Shown here piece by piece: positions 41,156 through 54,139 of a stretch of DNA of 64,000 nt. Made by a program: the position numbers and the translations under genes. The notes below the pieces were generated by a model. It did not search any database. It was not told the DNA's origin and was given only the letters and a program-made list of their open reading frames with translations. Each line of letters begins with the position of its first letter. The stretch's first letter is position 1. Source of the DNA: Euprymna scolopes (taxonomy: Eukaryota); the NCBI GenBank assembly GCA_053919585.1, contig CM132788.1. One strand, given 5' to 3'.

Positions 41156-43330
41156 CTAGAAATATACGCACGACCTGCGTGCGACTTTGCTATACACTAT
41201 TATATCTGCTTCATAAGCATCCCTCCAGTAAGTTTATTTTGTAATTGCCTAAGGTATTACATTTTTAACAAACTCTTGAAGTGACTAAAATCCAATAGTG
41301 AACTTTACAGCAAGTAGAATATATAAAAGTTGACACTGATATTGTTACACATTAAAATTTAAACAATCACAAAGAAACACGATGGTTAAAATGTGTTTAG
41401 TGTCACAAATATATTTTCGTTAAAGATGAAGGTTACTTTATGATATCAGATAGCACTTTTTTCATAGAAGTAAACTTGAAATCATTGCTTAAATTTTATC
41501 TATTACATTGAATGCTTATACATGTCACAATCAAGATAATATGATTTCTCATCATATGCTCCTCTATAACTTTTCAATGAAAAGCTTCAAGGTAGACTAT
41601 ATGTCTGATGGTTTGATTTAGAGCAAGAATTGTTTAGTTTTTCTGAACTTACTGTCTAACTGCTGGGGATATACAAGGTACGGTGACTGAAACAATCTGG
41701 TGCCAAGTCTACACAAATTGTTTTTAATTTCTGACCTTAACTATTAGTAGGATCATTGCAAAACACAACTTCCCAGGAAATTGGAGCCTACGAAAGTTAA
41801 ATGGAAAATCTGAGTCAGATGGAACTCAGGGGATCTTTGGCAGCAGAACTTTTTTGGGGCCACAAGAAATCGTGGCCTCAACTACATTAGTGTTCCATCT
41901 GGTAAGAACGCACCTGGTGACGTTAATTGTTTTGGACAGTTCAAAGGATCGAAGGATAAGGATTGGGGTCCAATTTTTAGATTTAAAATGTGAGGTGGCA
42001 TTCCAGATAGTTCCAAAGAATTAACATACTTCACAGGGCAATAAAGCATTTCACGTTTATTAGTAGCAGAATCAAGTGATTTGTACTCTTTCGAGTTCTA
42101 TGTGAATTCACCCAGTTGTTCAAGCGATTATCCAGTTGTTCAAGCGATTCACATAGCTATTTAATGGCGAAATAGTAGTCATAGCAAACCGGTAATTTTT
42201 CGTTGTTTTGCAGATCCGGGTAAACTGTGTCTTTTATTTGCTTTACATTACAAACACGTTTTTACAGCTCGGTCAGAATTAGAATTGTGTCAGGTGGAGA
42301 AGTGATTGGAAACTGACCATCACCAATTAGTATAAACAATTTTTGGAAGTCCGCTGCGGCTGTGTTTTCAGAGGCATGGACTCTTATATTAGTTGTAAAT
42401 CTCTTCACTAAAACGTGCCTCTATAGACTGGACTGCTTCAAAGTTGCATTCACAATGTTTACACCTTTGCCATTTTTACCACTGAGATGATTTGACGGAA
42501 ATCACCGATAATGCTGCTAAAATGCCACACATGGGATATTGTTTCCTGTGATTTATTGGAGTGTTCGGTTATTCCTTCATAAACACTTTTGTGTGTCATC
42601 AGGGCTTTGCCTACAATAATTGCTGAAATGTCTCGAATGCCATTTGCCAAGGCTTAGGTACCAGTAATATTTCAAACTGGCTGATCCATTAGATGAGTAT
42701 CCTAGGGTACTTTAAATGTGCTGTGAAGAGTGCGGGCACCTTTAAGTAGAGTGTCAGCAATGGTATTGGATGCTTTTAGAAGCACAATTTTTTCTATGGA
42801 TCTAATCTTTGCAAGGATCAAACTGATTACAAAAGTCATGTCTGTGCCATATAGAGCATCAAGATACATGTTTTCGTACATCTGATCTTGTGCTTCCAAC
42901 ATTGCCATGAATGAATTGCAAACTTCTCTTTTATAATCGTGCAGTTTTTTCTTTTTTTTTTTGCATATTTTCTGCTTGTAGCGAAAGTTCTTTAATAGTG
43001 TAATTTACTTCACGTTCATACTCTCTAGCAAGTCTTACATCATCTCCTTGTCTCGATGCACGTCATTCATAGTTTTCCAATGGTTGAGCGCATATATGAA
43101 CATTTTCTTCAATTAGGCGAAGAGTTTTGTTTTAGATGGCATAACTAAAATCTGCTTCTGGATTACTAACTTCTTGCCTGTACCTGAAAACAGACCATAT
43201 CTTGAAAAGTGTAGTATCTGTTCTGATACGACAATTCCGCTGTTTTATTATAGGTCAGTAAGATAATCCTTCCAGACTAAGGCACTTTTAAAATTGTCCA
43301 ATCAAGAATATTCTCTTTGGGAAAGCTGGA
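41156..43330 (-). mobile_element. Helitron remnant: PIF1-like helicase pseudogene and intact 3' terminus
   Basis: YLDALYGTDMTFVISLILAKIRS..KGARTLHSTFKVP (decayed Walker A region), GDFRQIISVV, VNSLELSGMPPHILNLKIG, FPFNFRRLQFP..CFAM, CFSH..LY. 3' hairpin CGCACG/CGTGCG (41167-41183), then CTAG|T at 41156-41159. Confidence 0.92.
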
Positions 43331-45395
43331 TTTTACTCATATCGAAAACCGACATTGTCTCTGAGTAACTCTATTCTCATGGGGATGAAATTAAAAAAGG
43401 GCATTATTTAAAATTATTTTCTCTATCCCCATAACACACCAGGCAGCGTTTAAAATATAAAAATATTATGTATTTTGGAGTAAAATTCGTAACTTCATCA
43501 ATTTATGAAATCGTTTGTATTTGTGTGGGCTATATACGCAGTTTGGATTTTGCTAGTTCGTTTCTCGTAAAGAATACCCTAGCAAATTTTGTTTATGGCG
43601 AATTCATGTAAGAAATATGATAAAATTGTTTATTTTGGCGTCAAGCGTATGTTTATCTTCTGTTCTAAAAAAAGAAAAATCTAAATTTCTTTGATTAAAA
43701 AAAAGAAAACATATCATTTTAAAATAGAAAGAAACGGATCACCACAAAAAAAATGTTAAAAATTAAATTGAAAATAAAATTTAAAATATTACATCCGGTC
43801 ATTAAAGTAAAATAACGAAATAAAAATAGAACTAATGAATCAGTTTCAAAGAATATTTCTATATTAAAACAAGTCTATTGTAGCGGGCATTTAATAAAAT
43901 CGATCGTATTCTTAGTGTTTGAATAAAAACATAGTTCCGGATTTCAAACAATTTATCAGTGTTGCCAACGTCTGATATATTAGCAAACATAAGTAAAATC
44001 ATGAATGTTTGCTGACTTGTGAGGCAAGAAATTTTGACCAACACAACTATTTGTTAAAGTATAAAGAGTCAAGAAATTTTAATCAATAAAACAAATCAAG
44101 AAATTCCTGATATCAAATGCAGTAAAATTCAAGTATCTTTTATAATTGCTGAAACTGTTTACGCTTCTTTATTTCATATCTTTCACTTGTGTTTACACCA
44201 ATTAACCAGTTGCTTGTCGCTAAACGATTCAGGATTTTATTCTTGAAAAATTGTATACAAAATCTAAGACTACCACCTACTCTAAATGTGGGAGTTCAAC
44301 TCGAAATTAATGTTTGTGATAGAACAAGTCATTTGTTTACAGCATTTGAGGAGTAAAACCTTCTTTAAGCGATAAGAGGTCATTTGTTTAGTTGTTGGTT
44401 ATCAGGGTGTAAAATCCACTTTGGGCAACGTAGTTTATAATTAGAAAAAATGTTTCAGCACGTTAAAAGTATATAGGTTGGTAGATAATTAAATTCTACT
44501 TATTGTTTCCGACATTTAAACTTCTCGACTGTTTACTTTTCAACACTTTAACTTAGTGAATAAATACTTCTAAATTAAGGGGAGTGCTTAGCTTGTATTT
44601 TAAACTACAGAGGTTTGAAGCCCCCCCCTCCATAAAATGTACTAGGAAAAATAGATTGTATAGAAAGTTTTAAGAATTATTAGCCGAAATAATAAAGGTG
44701 AAAAATAAAACCAATATTCAATAAACAATCCTTCTGTTTCACCTACGTGAATGATTTTACTTTGTTTTAAAATATTGTCAAGCGTTTTTCTTATTGTTAT
44801 TCTAAAATTGCGGGTGTGTGCCAAGTATATGCAAATTTTCTAGAAAAACACGAATAGCCACTAGGTCGAAATCTTTCCCGCTACATTGCAAAAGAAATCT
44901 CCGGATCTAGGAGATGAAACCTCAAAATTTGCAAAACTGCAATTTTGCTATGAGAGTTATATTTCTTGGGAATTATTTGTTTAAAGGTAAATAGCTGCCG
45001 TAATTTTATATGAGTATACCAGTTAAAAACGTAACTGTTTTATGCATAATTAAAATGATTAAAACTAAATTAAATCAAATATAAATTGAATTAAAATCAA
45101 CTAACCAAATACATTTTAAATACTATTTCTTAATAATACAATAAATGATACTATTACAGGAAATAATTAATAAGATCGAGCAACTTATTAAAATAGATTT
45201 TCGTTAATGTAATTTGTAAATTAGGTCAGCCATGCAGTGCATATTTCGTTTGTAAAATACAAAATACCGAAATAAGGTATAAAATTGAATGTGTAATCCT
45301 CTTTGATAGATAAAGCCTATAATGAATTTATATATTTCTTTGTCGATAAGTAGTTGTACAACCACACACACACACACGCACACACACACGAACGC

Positions 45396-45447
<52 letters not shown>

Positions 45448-45489
45448 TTTTCAGTATGTGAGAGAATATATATAATTATTTTAACAGCT

Positions 45490-45790
45490 CAAAGAACGCC
45501 GCAGCCCACAAAAGCTACACCACCATCCGAACCGGAAGTCTAAGACTCGAGTTTCGCCCTCATTTGGGTTCATCAGTCGGACATATCCGCGAGTCAAACA
45601 CTCTACCAATTGCGCTGGTTGGATGATCACGCCACTTGCCGTGATGAAGTGGGTCTATTCCACAGCTTGTTTTCGTCGGGGCCTGCTTGATCTGTGTTGG
45701 TTAATAGAATTTCCTGTGTACGGGGCGTTTGCTCAGCTGAGGCCAGGGCTGTAGCCCTTGATATACGCAAGGACTGCCACTAAGTGCTGT
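45490..45790 (-). mobile_element. SINE-like element with tRNA-like A/B boxes and an embedded hammerhead ribozyme
   Basis: GC-rich island. Minus strand: CAGCGCAATTGGTAGAGTGTTTGACT (A box / D-arm-like), then HHR, then GGTTCGGAT (B-box-like). Confidence 0.6.
45538..45582 (-). ncRNA. Minimal type I hammerhead ribozyme (partly decayed stems)
   Basis: GTCCGA-CTGATGA-ACCC-aaatga-GGGC-GAAA-CTCGAG-TC-TTAGAC. Complete catalytic core with palindromic stem III. Confidence 0.8.
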
Positions 45791-45839
45791 TAATAATGAT
45801 TCAATCGTAGAATATAAATGGACATATCCTACATATAAT

Positions 45840-46850
45840 AAGACCATTCTTTAAAAATAGGACTATCCAGGTTGTCATTAATGGAAATATATCCAAATCG
45901 CATTACATTAATTCAAATGTGCATCAAAAGTCGATCTTTAGGCTACTATTAATCCTAAAGATAATTAATGCTTTTCCTGATAATATTGTGCCCGAGATAT
46001 GTATGTTTTCAGATAATATAACGCTCTCTAACATGCACGCAGGGATACGAATGTACAAAAATCAAAGCCAATGGTAGAATCTTAAGAAACTGATCCCAAG
46101 GACGTAGTGGAATGAGGCCGTAAATGGACGGTAACATTTAATGCTCGTAAGACTAAGCTACTCTGATATCCATGAACAACCAGAATTCTACATGCGAATT
46201 GTTCCTTCAAAGTTCTCAGCCTAACATGTCCGGGCAATATAAACTTGAACAAATACATTGGGGATATTGCGAAGGCTGCTGCATAAAAGGAAGGTTATGT
46301 CTATAGTGCTTGATGATTATTAGCACCTGAATGTCTTTTGTGCCTTTACAAGTCATACATTCAGCCATGCATGGAGTATTGTGTCCACATCTAGGCTGGT
46401 GCATCTACCACTAGTATCTTTCTCTAACTAACTAGTCTTCAATCTAATAAGTCCCACTTGCTCAACAAGTTTCTAATCACTGTCTCATTGCTGTAATATT
46501 ACATCTCTGTGCCTGTTTGACAAATACTTTTTGGAATGTGTTCTGATGACGTTGTTCCACTTGTGCGATCTCAACGTGCATATCTCCGACAAACGAGCTT
46601 AGCAAACAAATTCCACCCCTTTACTGTTGGGATCCTTATATCTCGAACAGCTTTGTTCTCTAATAGTTTGTCTTCAAACAGCTAGATTTTGGAATTGCTT
46701 TTTTGCTACCTGCTTTCCTTACTCTATTGATATACAGCAGTTTAAATGTAACTTAAGCAAACATCTTTTTCACTTTTCCGAAGTATACTTCCAAATAGTA
46801 ACCTCATACGCCCAAGTGGTGATATGCGGTGTTAGGGGTGAACGTTAGTA
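45840..46850 (+). mobile_element. Old CR1/L2-group LINE RT remnant
   Basis: FLKNRTIQVVING..INSNVHQKSI..MFSDNITL, KWTVTFNARKTKL, YKSYIQPCMEYCVHI, TARFWN..FKCNL. Confidence 0.85.
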
Positions 46851-48099
46851 AACACGTACACTTTTGAAGATATAGTATATGGAAGTGTCAAATATCAATT
46901 ATTAGACTTGAAACTGGCAGTCAAATTTACAAATTTTCAATTATTGTAAAATAACGCTGAACTTCATGCCCCTTACCGAGATCTACTGGTTGCTAATACG
47001 AACAGTAAACTTGCTTCGAGCTTTAATTAGCACTTTATTGCAAACTGCAACACATATTTATCAACGAAGCAATGCATGCTCTCAAATTAAAATTTAAAAA
47101 AAAACATATTTTATTCTACATGCTAACCTTTACTTATACCACTGGCATCACACGCTTAATTATACTTAATTAAACTCTATGTAATTAAATTATTGCAATT
47201 AGTTACATGTAAGTTAATTACATTTTTTATGTTATATGAAAATATATTTCGTCTGATGAAAAATCGATATGAGATCAACGCTGTATAACTTCTGATACAA
47301 ACGTTATTACAGTGAATCAAATCATATCAAATTATTTTTGCAGGTTTGCGTTTATTTAATTTAAATTATTGCCAGGTTCCCAGAAACATGGGAAATAATT
47401 GTCCTTTCGATGTTTTATTATGTTTTATTTTATGCTACAATGCGAGGTAAAATGTATAAACATTATCATTGGCGCAGATGTGTATTTTTATAATCTCGAA
47501 TATAACAGGCAATATAAGTAGGCAATGTCGTAATAATGTAATGGAATGTAATGAATGCCTTTACAAATGATATGGTAGTAATAAAATAATAAGAAGCTTT
47601 ATAAAAACATAATTAAAAAATTAAAGTAAAGAAATAATAACCCTGGGAAACGGCAAACAAAAAGAGAAAGTCGTTACTATTTTATAACATGAAGATTTTT
47701 TTCAGTATTTTTCTGTGTGCATCTTCGTTCCCTACGTATTCGGCAATGGCTGGGCTGGCTTTTTGAAATTTCACACAACGGTAATTGATGTAGTTTTCTC
47801 ACGTATTTATTTATCGAAGTGTGTACGATAAATATTGATAATCCAAAAATTCCGATTAAATCCGAATGTCTGATTTGAACAAAGTTTACAGTTTTACACA
47901 CTCTATCATCCAAAGTGCATTTGAGAATTTTTCACCACACAAGCAGATAAACATCAGACTATAACATCAACTGTACTTTTTTTAAAATCAGAAGCACCTT
48001 CGTAATGAATGTTTTTAGAGCACAAATGAACAACGCCACTTGGATTCTGTACGGGTTTCTTTAATTCAAGTTACTATATAAAAAATATTTTATAAAAAC

Positions 48100-49101
48100 A
48101 ACAGGTGGTTCCATGATAAGGCAAAAAACATGTTTTAAAGCAATTTCTGTTTAGAACACAATTGAAGCATAATACTTAGCTTATGCTTTTTAAACTTTGA
48201 ATGAAGTCATTATGTATTTCTTGCTATAATCTTATGTGATGACAGGCCAATTTTTATGATTTCATGTTAAACTGAAAAGCTACAGAAGGGATTAGAATAC
48301 ACTAAATATACTAAAGCCAGATTTTCACAGCTGTTGAACTTCATAATTTCAATCGTGATGGAGGACATTTTAGTAGAAAGATATGCAATAAAATTTTGTT
48401 TTAAACTTGGAAAAATTCCACAGGAACGTATGAACTCCTTCTCACTGTTTTTGCACCATATTGCCTGAACGGAACATCAGTTTTTAAAAGTCGCATAAGT
48501 GATTCTGATGAAGAATGGAGTATTTGAGTTATAGTATGAGGGGTGAGAGTAGTCAGGAAGTCCGAACACCAGATTGCATTAGCTAAATAAGGAATTCAAA
48601 GAAAAAGGACAGTCGTGCATCTATTCAGACAATAAATGCATAGTTTGTTAAGAGCGTTGGAAATTTACACACAGTGTTTTCAGTGTGGGAACTGTACACA
48701 CAATTGGGAGCTGAAAATGTTGAAGATGTTCGATAATGCATCTGTCCACAACTCCATCCGTGTCACAGACTATTTGACTAAGATTGGTATCAAGACAGTT
48801 TCTTACTTACCCTATAGTCTAGGCCTTGCTGCGTGTGACTTTTAATCATTCCCTTTACTCAAGGGAAACCTTAGAATCTATCTTTATGAGACAAATGCGG
48901 AGAGGAAAGATGCTGTAACGCGCGGTACTTACAAACTCACACGAGGACGTCCATCGCCTCTTCCAGAGGTTGTTGGAACGGTGCAACATATGTATTGCAA
49001 CCGGAGGAAATTCGTTCGAAGACGGCTAGTGTTTTACGTGTGTACTATAAACAAAAATTACTATACAAAAAACGTCTACAAACTTTGGAAAGAACCTCCT
49101 A
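48100..49101 (+). mobile_element. Internally deleted mariner (DD34D-type) transposon remnant
   Basis: ERYAIKFCFKLGK (HTH start), FDNASVH..YLPYSLGLAACDF*SFP (HDNA..H and YSPDLAP.DF motifs), RCNICIATGGNSFE C-terminus. Confidence 0.88.
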
Positions 49102-50618
49102 GATACTTTACAGTGCACTGTATACCAAAAGGTAATATGAAGAAAGTCACTTCGGGGGGGCATGTGACGCTTCGCTATCGGTACAATATAAAATTCAATG
49201 GAATATTGGCTTTCTAACGAAATTTGCATGAATTAAAATTCATTTAAACGTATTGTACACCAGGCAAGACTTGCTAGTTATAATTGAAACAAATATTGCT
49301 GTTTCTTTAAAAAAAAACACCTTCTACATATTTCACACACAGGCCGAATTGTATTTATATAAGCTATAACTCAATTTAAGACATCAAGTTTATAAAAATT
49401 CCACGTTTACTATTTTGGAGTGTTAGCTTACACAATACAGTGTTCGAATGATCAGAATACGTTGTTTGTCTTATACATTATAGTCGATCTAATTACCGAG
49501 AGAATAACGGCTGAGGACATATTGGCCAACCCTTAAGTATATCTTCGCTTAGTGGTAGAAAAGTGTAAATGAAACTTTGGACAATATTTACTTTTCTTAT
49601 TTTAAGAAACTCTTTTAAATATTCGTTTCTCTCTCTTAAAGAAAATAAAGATAAAAATGACCTTTCATGGCGAGCTGAAAATATTTTAAGCCAGGTGTAA
49701 ACAAGAAGTGATAGAAAGCAATACGATATAACAGGCAAGAGACATCGGATCGATAGATGTGATCTCAGAACGAAGAAAACAGGTGTGATTTTTACCAAGC
49801 AGGTACTAAAATGTCCATTAAGTCATGCCAAGTCACTTATTGGTTCTTGCATCTAAAGTTGTCTACTTTAATCAATAAACCCACCTGACCTAATGATTTA
49901 AACCCTCAGAGACGAGCACTGGAAACATTATTTCTAGCCGAAATCATTTTCACTTAATAAATATTTGTCAAAAGTTGTGCAAGGGTACTCCCCAAAGCGT
50001 TATATTTCATATTGTCTACTAGTGGACATATTTTTCGTCGGAACGCAAAGAATTTCCACTGGAAGCAGTAATATATATGGTCTATTTCTCGTAAACTATG
50101 TGCACACAGACAATATCAATCTGCATAAAAATGAGACAATCCCAATAAAAATCATTAATTACTAGTAAATCGACAAACAATACTGCTAATACGGCTATTA
50201 TTATTTATAGCAAAATTTAAAATAACGCGTACATAATACAAGAAAATACTAAAAAGAATTCTATCAAATTGAAAGGAAATAAAATTAACATAAAATGTGT
50301 GAACAAATTAGATACATATCACGATTATATTTGTTATTAATATAATGGTTATTATTATTATTAGTAGTAGTAGTATGAGTAATGTCATTATTATTATTAT
50401 TAATAATAGTAGTAGTATAGTGGCAGTAGTTGTAATAGTAGTAGTAGTTCATTAACTATTGGAAACATTACTGCGCATAGTCCAATACGGGAATCTGTAG
50501 AAATGTCACGCTTGATTCTTCATTTACATCCAGTATTTAAAATGAAAATACTTGGTAATTTGTAACAGTGTGATGTTGTAATAATAATAATGATAATAAT
50601 AATAATAATAATAATAAC

Positions 50619-50652
<34 letters not shown>

Positions 50653-50754
50653 TTAAAAGAATGCATCAAGTTGTGCTAAGAGAAGTCTTTGATGATGGCC
50701 TGTGTGGCTTAGATGAACCCATGAAACCTCTCTTGAAAACATCTTCAGATTAAT

Positions 50755-50900
50755 ACAATATCAGTTCGATCACATCTTAAATACAAAACAAAATATTTCT
50801 TAGAAAAATACAGAGAACTGCTTGAACTATAATATTATTAGGAAAAGAACTATAGTGAGACATCACCTTTATCTAGAAATTATAATTCATAAAACAACCT
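50755..50900 (+). mobile_element. Possible Penelope GIY-YIG C-terminal scrap
   Basis: FDHILNTKQNIS*KN..NIIRKRTIV resembles the H..H.I.W.N...KR.I.ES pattern. Confidence 0.3.
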
Positions 50901-51405
50901 ATAAACTGGTTGGTAAAAAATGTCACTATATTTTCTAAATAATCTAATTATTTAGCATATAAGTTATAGGATTTGATAGAAACATATATGTAAATTTTGA
51001 AAAGTTTTCGTAATGGTAAGGAAATGGAATGAATCAGTAAGTTATGCGATTAGTAGGGTTTGATTTAAACAAGGCCGATAGCCATTAGTCGCGTGCTCTC
51101 GTGTAATAAATTAATGCGTGAATGTAGGATTGACATGAAATTCTTAAGAATAAACTAAAATTACCGGAAAATGGGCTGAAATGACTTAAATAATTAAAAA
51201 GTAAATGACTTAGAATGACTTTAATGAACTTAAGGATGAATTGAATATATAAAATAATTGGAATCCTTCAAAAACAACTTGAATGATCTGAAGAATGACT
51301 TGCATTGCTTTGAGACTGACTAGTTGTAAAGTGGAGTATCATTTTACATTAAATTAATACAGAAAAGTGACCCCCACTTTATATCACAATAAGTACAGCA
51401 TGTAG

Positions 51406-51453
51406 TAAGAACAGATACTTAACTTTGATCTTAGCCAAAAGGCAAAGAAAAGC
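51406..51453 (-). pseudogene. U2: U2 snRNA 5' fragment (about nt 4-49), mutated
   Basis: Minus strand GCTTTTCTTTGCCTTTTGGCTAAGATCAAAGTTAAGTATCTGTTCTTA versus U2 GCTTCTCGGCCTTTTGGCTAAGATCAAAGTGTAGTATCTGTTCTTA. Confidence 0.9.
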
Positions 51454-51540
51454 TGTATTTATTTGCCCCCCTCCGAGTAAATTTGGCACAATGCCGATTT
51501 TAAATGTGAGGAGTGAAGGGTAAATGGCGGCAACTCCCCG

Positions 51541-51564
51541 GAACAGATACTACACTTTGATCTT
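51541..51564 (-). pseudogene. U2: Second U2 snRNA fragment (about nt 23-46, includes the branch-site pairing sequence)
   Basis: Minus strand AAGATCAAAGTGTAGTATCTGTTC, a 24-nt exact match to U2. Confidence 0.85.
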
Positions 51565-51929
51565 TATATATAATTTATTTCGTGAAAATGAAAATTACAA
51601 TCAAAATAATTCAATGTAAAATTAAATTAAATTAAAAGCAAAATTCAAGTTTACAAAACAAATTTAGGCACAAGGCCCTGTAAGATCTGGGTGGGGGAGT
51701 GTGCAGGGTCTTTGTTACTACAGTGTAAATTGAGTCTTTGGCGACTTTACTCTTGACTGGCAACATTTACCACAATACCTCATTCACTCTGTGAACTCTA
51801 AATTAAGTAATGAAAACCCCAGCGTTTTTGCAAGAAATAATATATTTACAATTATTTTGTGTGTGTGTGTATTTTTTTTTAATTAAAATGTGTGTGTGTG
51901 TGTGTGTGTCTGTGAAAACAGTTCAATTC

Positions 51930-52230
51930 ATTGAAAAATGAAAAGTTCTTGAATTTTGGAAGAAAAACAGTTCGTGTTGGGGAGTGGGGAATCTAGAAAA
52001 ATACGCAAAAAAAAGCCTAGTGCATTGTTAGTAAGGTCCCTCCCTAGCTAATCTAGAAAGTTACATCACCTACTGTTTTCCGGGGCACCGAAAACAAGCG
52101 GGAAGGTCCCTAGTGGGGATTGGGAAGGATTCTTATCGGGTATGGGGAGGAAAATAAATAATTGTCCAAAGCCAAAAAGGGGAAGACAATACTTGTAAAA
52201 GAATATATTTTTAACAGACATTCGTAATTT
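51930..52230 (-). mobile_element. Possible L2-type LINE 3' coding remnant
   Basis: FLALDN..PYPIRIL..SRLFSVPRKTVGDVTF resembles the L2 C-terminus KAL..LAP.YL..LL.VPR..T.GDRAF. Confidence 0.4.
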
Positions 52231-53110
52231 ATTATAAAATTATAATTTCTGAATTCGTAAGAGGAGTTTTCCTGATTATCATTATTAAAATGTTTTGAAC
52301 TTTTAATAACATCTTTATCGTTGTCTTTGCAATGTTGGAATTTATTAGAGGAGTTTAGATTGTTAGCATTATACAACTGTATTTACTTGAATCTCATTTT
52401 GAATGTTATATGTATAACACATATTGCTGGTCTAATTTGCAGAGTTATTATTCCATAGGATATGAACGGAGTATTCATTATTGGTATTAATTTAAAGAAG
52501 TGATATCAGCTATGATTAGTGTGAAGAGTATTTGGAATTGATGCACATCCAATAAAAGGTTGAAAATTATAACACATTTCTTTTTTATGTTATAAACTTT
52601 AGAAACGATTATTGCTCAATCATTTCATTTTTTTCATAAATTACAACCATATTTTGCAAGTTTCTGGAAAAATCCTATTAGTATCTATGAAAAATAATTA
52701 TTCTTTATAATTTAATAAAACAGATATCAATCATTATTTGCAAACTGACATGAAACATTTCCTAAATATTTATATTAATAAATATTTACATGAACAATAT
52801 AACATTTCCACCCTATAAACATTTATAAAGACCAAGTAAACATTTTTTAAATATTAAACATCAAAAAGTCAGAAAATTATATATTTATTAGATTCCTATA
52901 AAACAACATACACAGAGCAAACAGAATTAAGAAAAAAGTTGTTGGTACAAATATATCGAACCTGTCGTTGAAAAGCGGGAAGACGTATATTTAATTCAAT
53001 CAAGACAAAAAACAAACATCAACCAAGGTTAATCCTAACGCAAATCACTATTATTAAATAATGAAAATTCAATATATAGGTAGAGATTTAAAGAAAATAA
53101 AAGTTTGGAA

Positions 53111-53411
53111 ACACTAGCTGGTAATGAGTAACTTATTAGTATTCTGATTTGCTAACACAAGAAACTGGCTGGCGATAACTAACTTATGATTATTGCTATC
53201 TGCATCGAACAGACACAGGTTTTTGATACTAAGCTTATCAGTGTAAGGATCTGCACCGATCAATCAACAGTGGACGATAAGTAACTTATTAGTATGGTTA
53301 TCTGCACCGAATAAACACTGTCTGCCGATAAGTAATTATTAGTATTTTCATCTACACCCACCAAACGTTGGTTGGGGAAAACTATCTTATTATTGTAATC
53401 TTTGGCCACGA
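53111..53411 (-). repeat. Degenerate 51-bp tandem repeat, ~6 units, reading as a 17-aa repeat
   Basis: Units start at 53111, 53162, 53213, 53264, 53315 (50 bp) and 53365. Shared core gataagtaacttattagtat..atctgcaccga. Confidence 0.85.
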
Positions 53412-53489
53412 AAGTTTATGGACTGAAATATATAAATCAAATAGTCAATAAATTCATTTTTCTTTTATGTGACATTTTACTGTGATAAA

Positions 53490-53870
53490 TAACTAAAATG
53501 CATCTGTAAGTGGTTGGAGTTCCGTCTGAGTTCCAAACTTCGGCCCATCAATCCGGCCCGTTAAGAGGAGTACGGGTCTCATCTGTAAATAGGACTCGTT
53601 GGAAATCCATTTTCATGTAATTCTGTGCCCAAGCCAATCATTTTTTACCTATGTTGTTTGCTCAATGGATGCCTTGGAATAGTTTTGATGTGCCTTGCCA
53701 TTTCATTCAACACAAAAATGGAAGCCCTCGATAAACACATTTTAAATATGGAATCATCGATAAAGGAACTTCTTAAATACCATGTAACAATGATGCCAAT
53801 GTGTTGTAGTGTATTAGTCTACACGTAAGCATTGCTTCAATCCTCAATGATTTATGTCCACGGACCGAGG
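53490..53870 (-). mobile_element. Tc1-like transposase fragment
   Basis: RHPLSKQHR..LAWAQNYMKMDFQRVLFTDETRTPLNGPD*WAEVW contains the first catalytic Asp motif (VLFTDE..LDGPDGW). Confidence 0.85.
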
Positions 53871-54139
53871 ACAAAAGAAAACATTTAAGAAAATAGCATT
53901 TTCATAAAGTAAAAAAAGAATACAAAATAAATACATAATCATCGATTCTTTATTTCATAAGAAACAAATAATGGTGTTTTAAGATAATTCTTTACTGGTT
54001 TGAGGAAGCCTATTCCATTTTACTAAGACATTAATTCATTTTTTCATACAAAAATTTACAAACTCAAATATACACCTAGCTATTAATATTTACAAAAAAT
54101 AATAGCAAAAAAGTAGCTGAAATATGAACTTCAAGATGA

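Noticed and set aside
42113-42150. 20-bp tandem duplication (ccagttgttcaagcgatt twice) in the Helitron
   Set aside because: An ordinary slippage event in a dead element.
53111-53411. Regularly spaced repeats as a CRISPR array
   Set aside because: Units are degenerate along their whole length, with no constant repeat / unique spacer structure. There are no cas genes and the context is eukaryotic.
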